The notes: generated from the letters alone by a model not told the origin. Positions 8,283 through 17,652 are shown, counted from the first letter of the stretch. The stretch: 64,000 nucleotides of DNA from Ktedonobacterales bacterium (GCA_036258195.1 DATAED010000076.1:9981-73980); one strand, 5' to 3'. A program made the numbers and translations.

Positions 8283-10604
8283 ATGCCGATTCGCATCGTC
8301 ACCACGCACGTCGAGTTCGAAGGGGTCGTCTACGAGCAGCGCGTCGTCATGGAAGGTGACGAGCCAGCCGTCTGGGGCGCCGACGCCGACCTGCGCGTGG
8401 TCGGCAAGCCCACCCCACGAGTCGATGGCCGTGAACGCGCCACCGGAGCCGCGCAGTACAGCTATGATGTGCTGCTGCCGGGGCTGCTGGTCGTGGCGGG
8501 TCTGCGTTCCCCGCACCCGCACGCGCGTGTCGCCAGCATCGACACCTCTCGCGCTGAGGCTGCCCCCGGCGTGCGCGCCATCTACACCCGCTTCAACACG
8601 CCCGACCTCATCATTCCCGCCTCCGGGCGAGCGATCTTCGCCGAGGAAATCGTCTATCAGGGGCAAGAGGTCGCCGTCGCGCTGGCCGAGACACGCCAGC
8701 AGGCTGTCGAGGCGCTGCGGCTGCTCGACGTCACCTATGAGCTGCTGCCCTTCGTCGTCGATGCGGAGGCCGCCATCGCCGCTGAGGCACCGCGCGTCTA
8801 CAGCGAGCGCGAGCGCAACCAGATTTCGGACGAGTTCCCCAAGACGTATGAGCGCGGCGACGTAGCCGCTGGCTTCGCCGAGGCCGATGTCATCACCGAG
8901 ACGCGCTTCAGCACGGCGGCCAATCTGCACAACAGCATGGAGACCCATGGCGGCGTCGCGCAGTGGGATGGCCACACGCTGACGCTGTGGAGCTCCACCC
9001 AGGACATCTTTGGCGCGCGGCAGCAGATCGCCACGGCGCTCAAGCTCCAGCAGAATCAGGTGCACGTCATCAAGCACTATATGGGCGGCGGCTTCGGCAG
9101 CAAGATCGGCGCAGGCGCCGCGGGCATATTCGCCGCCTGGGCCGCCAGGAAGCTCAACCGCCCGGTGAAGTATATGTTCAGCCGCGAGGAAGAGAATCTG
9201 GCGGCGGGCTACCGCGAGCCCACCACGCAGAGCTATCGGCTCGGCGCGAAACGCGACGGTACGCTGACCGCCCTCGAACTGCGCTCGGTCGGCAATCTCG
9301 GCGCGTGGGGCGGCTGGTACCCTCCGGTCAGCCTGCCCGCCAAGGAGATGTATCTCTGCCCAAATGTGCGCACGGTCGATACGGGCGCGCTGACCAATCT
9401 GGGCACATTCGCCTCGTTCCGCGCGCCGGGCGTGGTAGAGGGCATCAGCGGGCTGGAGGTCGCGCTCGATGACCTCGCTCGCGCGCTGGAGATGGATCCG
9501 CTGGCGCTGCGACGCAAGAACTACGCGCCAAACTTTCAGGTACTCAACCAGCCCTATGCGGTGAAGACCCTGCTCGACGCCTACGACCAGGCGGCGGAGC
9601 GCATCGGCTGGGCCAGCCGCGACGCCGAGGAGCGCCGCTACCCGCGTGGACGCGCATCCAGTCTGCGGCGCGGCATGGGCATGGCCAGTCAGCTCTGGGG
9701 CGGCGACGGCGGCCCGCCCGCGCAGGCCATCGCCAAGGTGCTGCCCGACGGCTCAGCCGTCATCATGACCGGCACGCAGGATATTGGCACCGGCACGCGC
9801 ACCGTGCTGGCGCAGATCGCCGCCGAGGAGCTGGGCATCCCGATGAGCGCCATTCGTGTGGAACTGGGCGAGACCGAGTTTGGCGTCTTCTCGCCCGCCA
9901 GCGGTGGCAGCATGACGCTGGCCTCGGTCGGCCCCGCCGTGCGCATGGCGGCGCTGGCCGCGCGGCGCGAGATGCTGGAGATCATCAGCCATCTCGCCGA
10001 GGCCCCCATGGATGCGCTCGACGTGCGCGATGGCGTCATCGTCAACCGCGAGACCGGCAAAGACATGGATACCATTGGCTCGTACCTGAGCCAACTGGAG
10101 GGCCACGAGGTGACGGCGCGCGGCATGCGTGGCCCCAACGCCGAGGCCGTCACTGTGCGCACCTTTGGCGCGCAGTTCGCCGAAGTCGAGGTGGACATCG
10201 CCACGGGTCAGGTGCGCGTGCTGCGCATCGTCGCCGCGCACGACTGCGGGCGCATCGTCAATCCGCTGACCTTCAGCAGTCAGATGGAGGGCGGTATCAT
10301 TCAGGGGCTGGGGATGGCGCTTTTCGAGCAGCGCATCGTGGATGAGCGGCTGGGCGTCTCGGTCAATCCGAACCTGGGCGACTACAAAGTCCCCACCATT
10401 CGTGACATCCCGCAGATCGAGATCATCTCGGTCGGCGTCGCCAACGAGGTCGCCAATACCATCGGCGCGCTGGGCGCTGGTGAGCCGCCGATCATTCCGA
10501 CAGCGGGCGCCATCGCCAATGCCGTCGCCCATGCCATCGGGCGCCCGGTAACCGGACTCCCACTGACGCCAGATCGCGTGCTGGCGCTCTTGAACGACGA
10601 CTAG
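8283..10604 (+). CDS. Molybdopterin-binding large subunit of the same molybdoenzyme
   Basis: The 773-aa product carries GGGFGSK, FRAPG and GAGEPP motifs typical of the aldehyde oxidase/xanthine dehydrogenase a/b-hammerhead and Moco-binding domains. It lacks the CODH-specific AYRCSFR loop. Confidence 0.85.
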   Translation: MPIRIVTTHVEFEGVVYEQRVVMEGDEPAVWGADADLRVVGKPTPRVDGRERATGAAQYSYDVLLPGLLVVAGLRSPHPHARVASIDTSRAEAAPGVRAIYTRFNTPDLIIPASGRAIFAEEIVYQGQEVAVALAETRQQAVEALRLLDVTYELLPFVVDAEAAIAAEAPRVYSERERNQISDEFPKTYERGDVAAGFAEADVITETRFSTAANLHNSMETHGGVAQWDGHTLTLWSSTQDIFGARQQIATALKLQQNQVHVIKHYMGGGFGSKIGAGAAGIFAAWAARKLNRPVKYMFSREEENLAAGYREPTTQSYRLGAKRDGTLTALELRSVGNLGAWGGWYPPVSLPAKEMYLCPNVRTVDTGALTNLGTFASFRAPGVVEGISGLEVALDDLARALEMDPLALRRKNYAPNFQVLNQPYAVKTLLDAYDQAAERIGWASRDAEERRYPRGRASSLRRGMGMASQLWGGDGGPPAQAIAKVLPDGSAVIMTGTQDIGTGTRTVLAQIAAEELGIPMSAIRVELGETEFGVFSPASGGSMTLASVGPAVRMAALAARREMLEIISHLAEAPMDALDVRDGVIVNRETGKDMDTIGSYLSQLEGHEVTARGMRGPNAEAVTVRTFGAQFAEVEVDIATGQVRVLRIVAAHDCGRIVNPLTFSSQMEGGIIQGLGMALFEQRIVDERLGVSVNPNLGDYKVPTIRDIPQIEIISVGVANEVANTIGALGAGEPPIIPTAGAIANAVAHAIGRPVTGLPLTPDRVLALLNDD

Positions 10605-10617
10605 AGGGGATGGCGCC

Positions 10618-11607
10618 ATGCGCGCATTTGAGCATCGCACCGTCAGCAGCGCCGAGGAGGCCGTCGCAGCGCTGCAAGCTGATTCTGAAGGCGCAGCGAG
10701 CCTCATCGCCGGGGGCGCTGACCTGCTTTCGCTGATGAAAGCCGATCTAGCCACGCCCTCGCGCATCATCGACTTGAAGCCCGCGCACGCGCTGCGCGGC
10801 GTCACGCTGGCGCCCGATGGCTCGACACGCATCGGCGCCCTGACCACTCTGGCCGAGATCGAGCGCCACGCTGCCCTGGCCGAGCGGCTGCCCATCTTGC
10901 CAGCCGCCGTGCGCGACGCTGCCACGCCCCAACTGCGCAACATGGCCACAGTGGGCGGCAATCTGATGCAGCGCAACCGCTGCTGGTATTTTCGCGGCCC
11001 CTACGACTGCTGGCTGAAGGGCGGGCAGCAGTGTTTCGCTCGCGACGGCCAGAACAAATACAGCGCGATCTTCGACGACGGCCCCTGTGTCGCCGTGCAT
11101 CCCTCTGATTTGGCGCCCGCGCTGCTTGCTCTGGAGGCGACGGTGGAGCTGGTCGGACCGACAGGCGCACGCACCCTGACGCTGCCCGAGCTTATCGCCG
11201 CGCCCACCGCCGCGCGCCGCCGCGAGACGACGCTGGCCGCTGATGAAGTGATCGTCGCCGTCCACATCCCAGCGCAGCCAGCCGAGTCGCGCGGCGTCTA
11301 TCTCAAGCTGATGGATCGGCAGGCGTGGGCCTACGCGCTGGTGAGCGCGGCGGCGCAGATGACGCTGACGGATGGGCGGGTCGAGCGCGCCCGCCTGGCG
11401 CTGGGCGGTGTCGCCAACACGCCGCGACGCGCGCCCGCAGCCGAGGCGCTGCTGGAGGGGCAGCCCCTCACGCCAGCGCTGGCCGCGCAGGCGGCTGAGC
11501 GAGTGGTGGAGGGCGCTAAGCCGCTCTCACACAACGGGTACAAAGTGCAGATGGCGCGCGAGCTGGCGCGACGCGCCATCCTGGAGGCAGCGGGCATGCC
11601 GTGGTAG
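10618..11607 (+). CDS. FAD-binding medium subunit of the same molybdoenzyme
   Basis: The 329-aa product has AGGADLLSLMK and ATVGGNL motifs (CoxM/XdhB-type FAD-binding domain). It starts 14 nt after the large-subunit stop, giving an S-L-M gene order. Confidence 0.8.
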   Translation: MRAFEHRTVSSAEEAVAALQADSEGAASLIAGGADLLSLMKADLATPSRIIDLKPAHALRGVTLAPDGSTRIGALTTLAEIERHAALAERLPILPAAVRDAATPQLRNMATVGGNLMQRNRCWYFRGPYDCWLKGGQQCFARDGQNKYSAIFDDGPCVAVHPSDLAPALLALEATVELVGPTGARTLTLPELIAAPTAARRRETTLAADEVIVAVHIPAQPAESRGVYLKLMDRQAWAYALVSAAAQMTLTDGRVERARLALGGVANTPRRAPAAEALLEGQPLTPALAAQAAERVVEGAKPLSHNGYKVQMARELARRAILEAAGMPW

Positions 11608-11717
11608 CGTCCCCGTCCGCCGGGCATGGCTTGCCCCGCGTAGGAGACGCTACAATATGGCCATGCGCGCGGTGTATCGCGGCGGCGTAGCTCTGTGTGA
11701 TGGAAGAAGGCTCGACG

Positions 11718-12848
11718 ATGAGCGATGAGGTGAAGCAGCGCAAGGCTGAGCATGTACAGATCTCGCTAGCCCATGATATCTCGGCGCCACAATCGGCCTC
11801 GTGGGCCGACATCCGTCTGATTCATCAGGCGGCGCCAGAGGTCAACCTGGACGAGATTGACACCTCAGTCGAGTACCTGGGGCGACGCCTGCGTTTCCCG
11901 ATCTTCATCTCATCGCTCACTGGTGGGCACCCGGATGTGGCCATCATCAACGAGCGACTCGGCGTCATTGCGCAGGAGTACGGATTGGCGATGGGCGTGG
12001 GCAGCCAGCGCGCCGCGCTGGTGACGCCACAGCTCGCCAGCACGTATAGTGTCACCCGCGCCAAAGCGCCCGACGCTTTCCTGATCGCCAACGTGGGAGC
12101 GCCACAGTTGATCGAGCAGCGCGCCAGGCCCGCCTTCACCGCCGCCGACGCTCGCGCCGCAGTGCAGATGATCGGCGCTGACGCGCTGGCGATCCATCTG
12201 AACTTCCTGCAGGAGGCGGCGCAACCCGAAGGCGACCGCAATGCGCGCGGCGTTCTGGAGAGCATACGCGAAATTGCGGATACGGTTGGCGTTCCAGTGA
12301 TTGCCAAAGAGACGGGCGCTGGTGTCAACTATAAGCAGGCGCGAAAATTCGCGCGCGCAGGCGTCTCGGCGATCGATGTGGGCGGAGCAGGCGGCAGCAG
12401 CATGGCTGCGATGGAGGCGCAGCGGGCGCAAGATCGTGGCGACCACCGCACAGGCGCCATTGGCGTGCTCTATCGCGACTGGGGCATCGCAACGCCCATC
12501 GCCGTCGTAGAAGCGCATGCTGGCGCGCCTGATCTTCCCATCACCTCCACTGGTGGGGTACGATCAGGGCTAGATGCGGCGCGCGCGTTGGCGCTAGGAG
12601 CCAGCCTGGTTGGTTTGGGGTTTCCTTTTCTGAAGGCCGCCGCAGAGAGCGAAGCGGCCGTGCGCGAGTTCCTCGACCAATTCCTGCGCGAGCTGTGCGT
12701 CGCGATGCAACTGACGGGCAGCGGCTCCATCGACGAGCTGCAGCGAGCGCCCGTCATCGTCACCGGCGCATCGCGCGATTGGCTGGAGCTACGCGGCTTT
12801 GGAGAGAAGCTGCGCCTGATAGCGCAGCGTGGGATGGATGAGCGCTAG
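11718..12848 (+). CDS. fni: Isopentenyl-diphosphate delta-isomerase, type 2 (FMN-dependent)
   Basis: KAEHV..., ISSLTGG, GVGSQRAAL and AKETGAG match type-2 IDI. I prefer the ATG at 11718 (GAAGAAGG 7 nt upstream), but GTG 11697 or ATG 11700 remain possible. Confidence 0.85.
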   Translation: MSDEVKQRKAEHVQISLAHDISAPQSASWADIRLIHQAAPEVNLDEIDTSVEYLGRRLRFPIFISSLTGGHPDVAIINERLGVIAQEYGLAMGVGSQRAALVTPQLASTYSVTRAKAPDAFLIANVGAPQLIEQRARPAFTAADARAAVQMIGADALAIHLNFLQEAAQPEGDRNARGVLESIREIADTVGVPVIAKETGAGVNYKQARKFARAGVSAIDVGGAGGSSMAAMEAQRAQDRGDHRTGAIGVLYRDWGIATPIAVVEAHAGAPDLPITSTGGVRSGLDAARALALGASLVGLGFPFLKAAAESEAAVREFLDQFLRELCVAMQLTGSGSIDELQRAPVIVTGASRDWLELRGFGEKLRLIAQRGMDER

Positions 12849-13221
12849 CGCGCCGTCCCGGTCACTGCGCAATTTGGCATGTTTTAAGCGCTTGTTCACC
12901 CTTGAGGGCGAGGATCCTCACTTCCGAACAAAACCAGCGGCGCTACAGTCGAGTTTGGCGCCGAGGATGCGGTCAGTCTTCCGGGAACCGCGTTTTGCAG
13001 GGAGGAATAACGTCAGTGACAGCGCACGGCGCAACCCGATCAAGCGGCCATGAAGCCGGTTGGCGCGTGGCTGCGACAGCATGGCATTTCGGCGATCAGA
13101 AGACGGGAGAATCCGCAAGCCACACGCTTGTCGCCGCGCAAGGATGGCGGCCATGAAAGCCGAATAACCGTGCCTATGCCAGGCCACGAGAGCGTCTGGC
13201 GCCAAGACAGGAGCACGAGTT
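12849..13221 (+). promoter_or_regulatory. Long (about 370 nt), less GC-rich untranslated leader or possible structured RNA upstream of the GG-tail ORF
   Basis: I found no convincing ORF here (candidates have low third-position GC). The region contains a direct repeat of GCGGCCATGAA(0-1 nt)GCCG at 13044 and 13147. I could not match it to any riboswitch consensus I know. Confidence 0.25.
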
Positions 13222-13467
13222 ATGGGGGTGCTGAGAGTCTTATCGCATCACGGTGACGACCGGTATGAGTGGAACCAGCCTGCCGTCCTGGTAGGCGACG
13301 AGGAAGCCGAGCAGGCCATCAAGGAGGCCGAGCGGATCTTCGCCGAGCAGCGCGCGCGCGGCTCGACCGCAGTGCGCGTCACGCCCGGCAAGCCGGCCGA
13401 GCGGATTGACGCCTTCGACCCCGCCGCTCACGAGATCGTGATGATCCCGCGAGTCGTCGGCGGCTGA
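13222..13467 (+). CDS. 81-aa MoaD/ThiS/ubiquitin-like (beta-grasp) candidate with C-terminal Gly-Gly
   Basis: AGGAG lies 7-8 nt upstream of the ATG. The protein ends ...AAHEIVMIPRVVGG-stop. Its length and C-terminal pattern resemble MoaD (81 aa, ...FFPPVTGG in E. coli, from memory). The N-terminus, VLRVLS, is beta-strand-like. Confidence 0.4.
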   Translation: MGVLRVLSHHGDDRYEWNQPAVLVGDEEAEQAIKEAERIFAEQRARGSTAVRVTPGKPAERIDAFDPAAHEIVMIPRVVGG

Positions 13468-13481
13468 GTCAGGAAACTACC

Positions 13482-13940
13482 ATGAAGAGCGCCAGTGTGC
13501 TCATCATGTTCGTCACCTTGATCGCGATGATGGTCGTGATGTTCAGAGTCTCGTCGCTGCTGACGTTGAGTCCCTACTTTCGCTCACGCATCTGGCCCTG
13601 GCTACGCACGCGCTCGTGGTGGCCAGTGCCAGCTGAGCGCACCGCCGAGGCGTTGCTGCGGCGGCTGCTCGATGAACGTGAATACGAGTTGCTGGGCTAC
13701 AATGGTTACCTCGAAGTACCCAGTCGCGAGTATCCTGGCCGCCTCTACCGCATTCCACGCGGCCCAGGCCAGGTGCAGGTAGTGGAGCACGGCAGAGTCA
13801 CCGAGCGCTTGTGCGTGCAACCTGCGGCGGTCGGTCTCCCCGAGGCCGATGTCGTGCTGATGCACAAACTGCTGCTCGAATCTGACGAGCGCCGCTACCT
13901 GCTGACCGCCAACCACTTCCCGCGCGCGATCTGGTACTGA
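13482..13940 (+). CDS. Membrane-anchored protein of unknown function, co-transcribed with the GG-tail ORF
   Basis: It starts 14 nt after the preceding stop. An N-terminal TM helix (VLIMFVTLIAMMVVMF) is followed by a soluble domain with YRIPRGPG...LCVQP...DVVLMHKLLLESDERRYLLTANHF. This resembles small conserved hypothetical proteins I recall from other bacteria, none with a known function. Confidence 0.5.
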   Translation: MKSASVLIMFVTLIAMMVVMFRVSSLLTLSPYFRSRIWPWLRTRSWWPVPAERTAEALLRRLLDEREYELLGYNGYLEVPSREYPGRLYRIPRGPGQVQVVEHGRVTERLCVQPAAVGLPEADVVLMHKLLLESDERRYLLTANHFPRAIWY

Positions 13941-14043
13941 CGGCCATCGACATGCGATCAACATGCGCGTGCCCTGCACGCGGCCACACAACCAAACGAG
14001 GCGTCCCGCTGTCGGGACGCCTCGTTTCTACGCCATCCTGCAG

Positions 14044-14085
14044 GCTCCCGCTCTCCTACAGGAGAAGGGGCTGGGGGTGAGGTCG
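14044..14085 (+). repeat. Family-A GC-rich hairpin repeat (imperfect stem)
   Basis: GCTCCCGCTCTCCTACAGGAGAAGGGGCTGGGGGTGAGGTCG. The tail ends directly at the rnj stop codon (TCA at 14086-14088 on the plus strand). Confidence 0.6.
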
Positions 14086-15864
14086 TCACACCTCGACCAC
14101 CACCGGCAAGATCATCGGGCGGCGCTTGTTCTGCTCGTAGATGAACTCGCTCAGCGTGTCGCGAATCTTGTTCTTGACATAGTTCCAGTCGGCGGAGCCG
14201 CCGCGCGTCTGCGTATGCTTCTGGAACGCCTGGATGACCCGCGCCCGCGCCGCCTCCAGCAGCGCTTCCGATTCGCGCTCATAGACGAAGCCACGCGAGA
14301 TGATGTCTGGCCGCGCCAGTGGCTCGCCCGTCTCGGCGTCCACCGTCAGCGTGACGACCAGCACACCATCCTTCGAGAGCGCCTTGCGGTCGCGTAGCAC
14401 CACCTGACCGACATCGCCCACGCCCGTGCCATCCACGTAGACGTTGCCACACGAGGTGTGATCGGTGATGGCGATGTCGCCGCCCGCATCCACCTCGATG
14501 ATGTCGCCATCCTGTGCCACCACCACGCGCCGCGAATCGACGCCCATGCTCACCCCCAGCTCGGCGTGCTGCGCCAGCATCCGATACTCGCCATGCACGG
14601 GAATCAGGCAGCGTGGACGCACCAGCGCCAGCATCAGCTTCAACTCCTCGCGGCTGGCGTGGCCAGAGACATGCACCTGCGCCTTGCCCTGGTAATAGAG
14701 GATGGCGCCCTGTCGCATCAGGTTGTCGATATTGCGCGCCACCGCCCGCTCGTTGCCGACAATCGGCGTGGAGCTCAGGATGACCGTGTCGCCCTTCTCG
14801 ATCTGCACCAGCCAATGGTCGCCGCTGGCGATCTTGGTCAGCGCCGAGGTAGGCTCACCCTGGCTACCAGTGCAGATGATGACCAGCTTGCGCGCCGGAA
14901 TCTTGCTGATCTCGTCCACGCTCGCCAGCACACCCGCCGGCACATGCAGATAGCCAAGCTCCAGCGCCATCTGCACATTGTTGACCATCGAGCGGCCCAC
15001 CAGCGCCACACGCCGGTTCTGCTTCACCGCAACATCCACCACCTGCTGCACCCGCGAGATCAGCGAGGCGAAGGTGGCGACAATGATGCGCCCCTCTGCC
15101 TTGCTGAAGATCTCCTCGAAAGTGTCAGAAATGACGCGCTCCGAGGGCGTGTACCCCGGATTCTCGACGCGCGTGGAGTCGCCGCAAAGGACGAGCACGC
15201 CCTCCTCGCCCAGACGCGCCAGCCCGCCGATGTCGGCGCGCAGTCCATCCACCGGCGTATGGTCGAACTTGTAGTCGCCCGTGTGCAGCACCGTCCCAAC
15301 GGGAGTGCGCACCACAACGGCCACCGCGTCAGGGATGCTGTGGTTGATGCGCAGCACGCTGACATCGAAGACACCCGCCTGCACGTGCTCGCCCGGGCCA
15401 ATCTCCAACAGCGTCGCGCGATCCAGGATGCGCCGCTCGCGCAGCTTCACCGTGATCAGACCGAGCGTCAACTTGGTGGCGTACACTGGCGGAAAATCCA
15501 GTTGTGGGAGCAGATAGGGCAGCCCGCCGATATGATCTTCGTGCCCGTGCGTGATGAAAATACCTTTGATGCGGTCCAGCTTGTCGGCGAGATAGCTCGT
15601 GTCGGGGATGACCAGATCGACGCCCAGCATCTCGTGGTCGGGGAACATCAATCCGCCATCGACGATAACGATGTCATCGCCATATTCGATTACCATCATG
15701 TTCTTGCCGATCTCGCCCAGCCCTCCCAGCGGGACGAACCGGAGTTGGCCGCCTGTGCGGCCACGTTGGCCATCTGGCCGTGTGCGATGCGTACTCAAGT
15801 GTGTTTGCTTTGCCTTTCCTGTCGTTGTTCTATCGTTCCAGCCGCCTGTCGTCGTCCACCTCAT
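14086..15864 (-). CDS. rnj: Ribonuclease J
   Basis: LRFVPLGGLGEIGKNMMVIEY, the ITHGHEDHIGG metallo-beta-lactamase motif, and beta-CASP and C-terminal domains are present. The start is uncertain: the ATG at 15864 has GAGGG 8 nt upstream, while the ORF track's 15942 adds an Arg-rich extension. Confidence 0.9.
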   Translation of the reverse strand: MRWTTTGGWNDRTTTGKAKQTHLSTHRTRPDGQRGRTGGQLRFVPLGGLGEIGKNMMVIEYGDDIVIVDGGLMFPDHEMLGVDLVIPDTSYLADKLDRIKGIFITHGHEDHIGGLPYLLPQLDFPPVYATKLTLGLITVKLRERRILDRATLLEIGPGEHVQAGVFDVSVLRINHSIPDAVAVVVRTPVGTVLHTGDYKFDHTPVDGLRADIGGLARLGEEGVLVLCGDSTRVENPGYTPSERVISDTFEEIFSKAEGRIIVATFASLISRVQQVVDVAVKQNRRVALVGRSMVNNVQMALELGYLHVPAGVLASVDEISKIPARKLVIICTGSQGEPTSALTKIASGDHWLVQIEKGDTVILSSTPIVGNERAVARNIDNLMRQGAILYYQGKAQVHVSGHASREELKLMLALVRPRCLIPVHGEYRMLAQHAELGVSMGVDSRRVVVAQDGDIIEVDAGGDIAITDHTSCGNVYVDGTGVGDVGQVVLRDRKALSKDGVLVVTLTVDAETGEPLARPDIISRGFVYERESEALLEAARARVIQAFQKHTQTRGGSADWNYVKNKIRDTLSEFIYEQNKRRPMILPVVVEV

Positions 15865-16020
15865 CGCTCGCGCCCTCACGCAGATCCATCGCCGCGCCCT
15901 TGCGGAGAACGGCCTGCGATCAGCGCGACGCCAGCGTGACATGCGGCGCCTGTTCAGTTTTGCTGCCAGTTGTCTGCGGTCTACTCTATCACGCGGCGGA
16001 CGCTCGTAGCCGCCAGCATG

Positions 16021-16266
16021 TCATGGTTGCGCCTGCTCTTGCTGCTCCAGAAAGAGCCGCCCGAGCGTGGTCATCGAGACGACGTATTCGTCGCCAATGA
16101 ACGCCAGATCGATGTAGCCCTCCTCGGCCATACCGCGCAGGTCGTCCGTGACGAGCATGAAGCCCTTCACCATCCGGCTGATGTCGCTCTCTGGCAGTGG
16201 CCCCCACTCGCGCAGCTTGCGCAGCACGGCGACCTGCATGGGCGTATCGTCGTCTATCGACCGCAT
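16021..16266 (-). CDS. Small (81 aa) possible winged-helix protein
   Basis: MRSIDDDTPMQVAVLRKLREWGPLPESDISRMV...YIDLAFIGDEYVVSMTTLGRLFLEQ has a helix-turn-helix plus wing-like pattern. It sits on the same strand between the lipoprotein gene and rnj. I recognise no family. Confidence 0.45.
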   Translation of the reverse strand: MRSIDDDTPMQVAVLRKLREWGPLPESDISRMVKGFMLVTDDLRGMAEEGYIDLAFIGDEYVVSMTTLGRLFLEQQEQAQP

Positions 16267-16305
16267 TGATGTGCTTCTCTTCTTGCGCTTCTCGCGCTCA
16301 TGCAG

Positions 16306-17652
16306 CTAGCTCAGCGCGGCGTCGCTGGCTCCGGCGATCAGCGTGGCAGGCGAGCCGCCCTGAGCGATGACCAGGTTGGCTGTCGTGCGCGTCACACCGG
16401 AGGCGTCGGTGGTGGTCGCCGTGACATCGGTCGCCAGCGCCGACGAATCAGTCAGCCAGATGGGCGCATAGGGCGAGGTCACAGCGATGCCGCTGGACTG
16501 GCCGCTCAGATACAGTTTGTCGCCCTGATACGCCACGGCGCTGTTCGGTCCCAGCGCGATCTGCGGATGCGCTGAGAGCGGCTGCGACGTGACCCCGCCG
16601 ATGTGCGTAGAATCGCAGCCCAGATTATAGATGGTGGTTAGGCAGAGCGTGCGCGCGGCGACGCTGGTCTGCGTGTCTACTTTGCCAATCTGCTCATAGG
16701 CCAGATTATTGCCGCTCACCGTCCACGCGCCCGTCTCGAACTGGCCATTGGGGTCGGCATAGACATTGCCAAGCGAGAGCAACTGTGACCCATATAACCC
16801 CTGATTGCCGTTGAGGACGCTGGCGATGTTCTCGTCGCGCGTGATGGGATCGAGACCGAAGGTGCTGGCGACGTTATCGAGGCTGAGCGAGTTCAGCGAC
16901 GCCGTGCCGACGGCTCCGGTGGCGCTCGACTTCGCGATGGTCATGCAGGTGTAGTAGAGTGTCGTCCCGACAACCTCCACATCTCCATACGAGCGAGTCG
17001 GCCCGCAGTTGTAATCGCGAGTATCGTTGGCAGTCATGCGGAGTTGCCAGGTGCGCCAGCCATTCGGATCGCTCACGTCGTAGGCCGAGATGCCCGAGCC
17101 ACCGCCCGCGATCAGCCAGTCGTCATTGAGCCAGTCGTAGGTGTGTCCATAGACGCTTCCGGTGACCTCAGTATTGTAGACCAGGCAGTTCTCCCCGGAT
17201 GATGACAGGCACGAGGAGACGTTGACGTAGTAGATCTGGCCCGCGTCCCTGATCAGTTGGTCAGTGGAGAGATTCTGCACCAGCGCGAAGGCCAGCGACT
17301 TGCCGCTCGGCGACCACACCAGCGGCCCCCATTCGATGGTCGCGCCTGCCGAGAGTGTCAGCCGCGTCACCTGCATCAGACCCAGCACCCCCTTGACATG
17401 CGCCCAGACCTGATTGTCATAGACGAAGGCATAGGTGTGGTCTGGCCCCGTGGAGGCAAGCCTGGGCGGCGGCGCGGGATTGTCCGCCGTCGAGCCTTGC
17501 AGCCCGAGTGTCACATTGATCCCGCTCCCGCTGCCAGAGGCGCTGCATCCCGCCAGCGCCAGCAGCGCCAGCAGCGCCAGCGCCATCGCCTGAACCAGGG
17601 CTGCGAGCGGCCCCCGCCCGAACGATCGTCGCCAGTGCTTCTGGCTCCTCAT
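16306..17652 (-). CDS. Lipoprotein with a TolB/PD40-like beta-propeller-type domain
   Basis: I moved the start to the ATG at 17652: MRSQKHWRRSFGRGPLAALVQAMALALLALLALAGC (lipobox LAGC). WSPSGKSLAF is a PD40-like repeat signature. Its ATG overlaps the upstream gene's TGA (ATGA at 17649-17652). Confidence 0.6.
   Translation of the reverse strand: MRSQKHWRRSFGRGPLAALVQAMALALLALLALAGCSASGSGSGINVTLGLQGSTADNPAPPPRLASTGPDHTYAFVYDNQVWAHVKGVLGLMQVTRLTLSAGATIEWGPLVWSPSGKSLAFALVQNLSTDQLIRDAGQIYYVNVSSCLSSSGENCLVYNTEVTGSVYGHTYDWLNDDWLIAGGGSGISAYDVSDPNGWRTWQLRMTANDTRDYNCGPTRSYGDVEVVGTTLYYTCMTIAKSSATGAVGTASLNSLSLDNVASTFGLDPITRDENIASVLNGNQGLYGSQLLSLGNVYADPNGQFETGAWTVSGNNLAYEQIGKVDTQTSVAARTLCLTTIYNLGCDSTHIGGVTSQPLSAHPQIALGPNSAVAYQGDKLYLSGQSSGIAVTSPYAPIWLTDSSALATDVTATTTDASGVTRTTANLVIAQGGSPATLIAGASDAALS

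Noticed and set aside
11631-11656. Promoter TTGCCC-N14-TACAAT upstream of fni
   Set aside because: The 14-nt spacer is too short for a sigma-70-type promoter. fni may simply be co-transcribed with the molybdoenzyme genes.
13016-13156. Possible 46-aa upstream ORF in the leader of the GG-tail gene (GTG 8 nt after GGGAGGAA)
   Set aside because: Third-position G+C is only about 59% by my count, far below neighbouring genes. The product (MTAHGATRSSGHEAGWRVAATAWHFGDQ...) has no features. I kept it only as an alternative explanation inside the leader finding.
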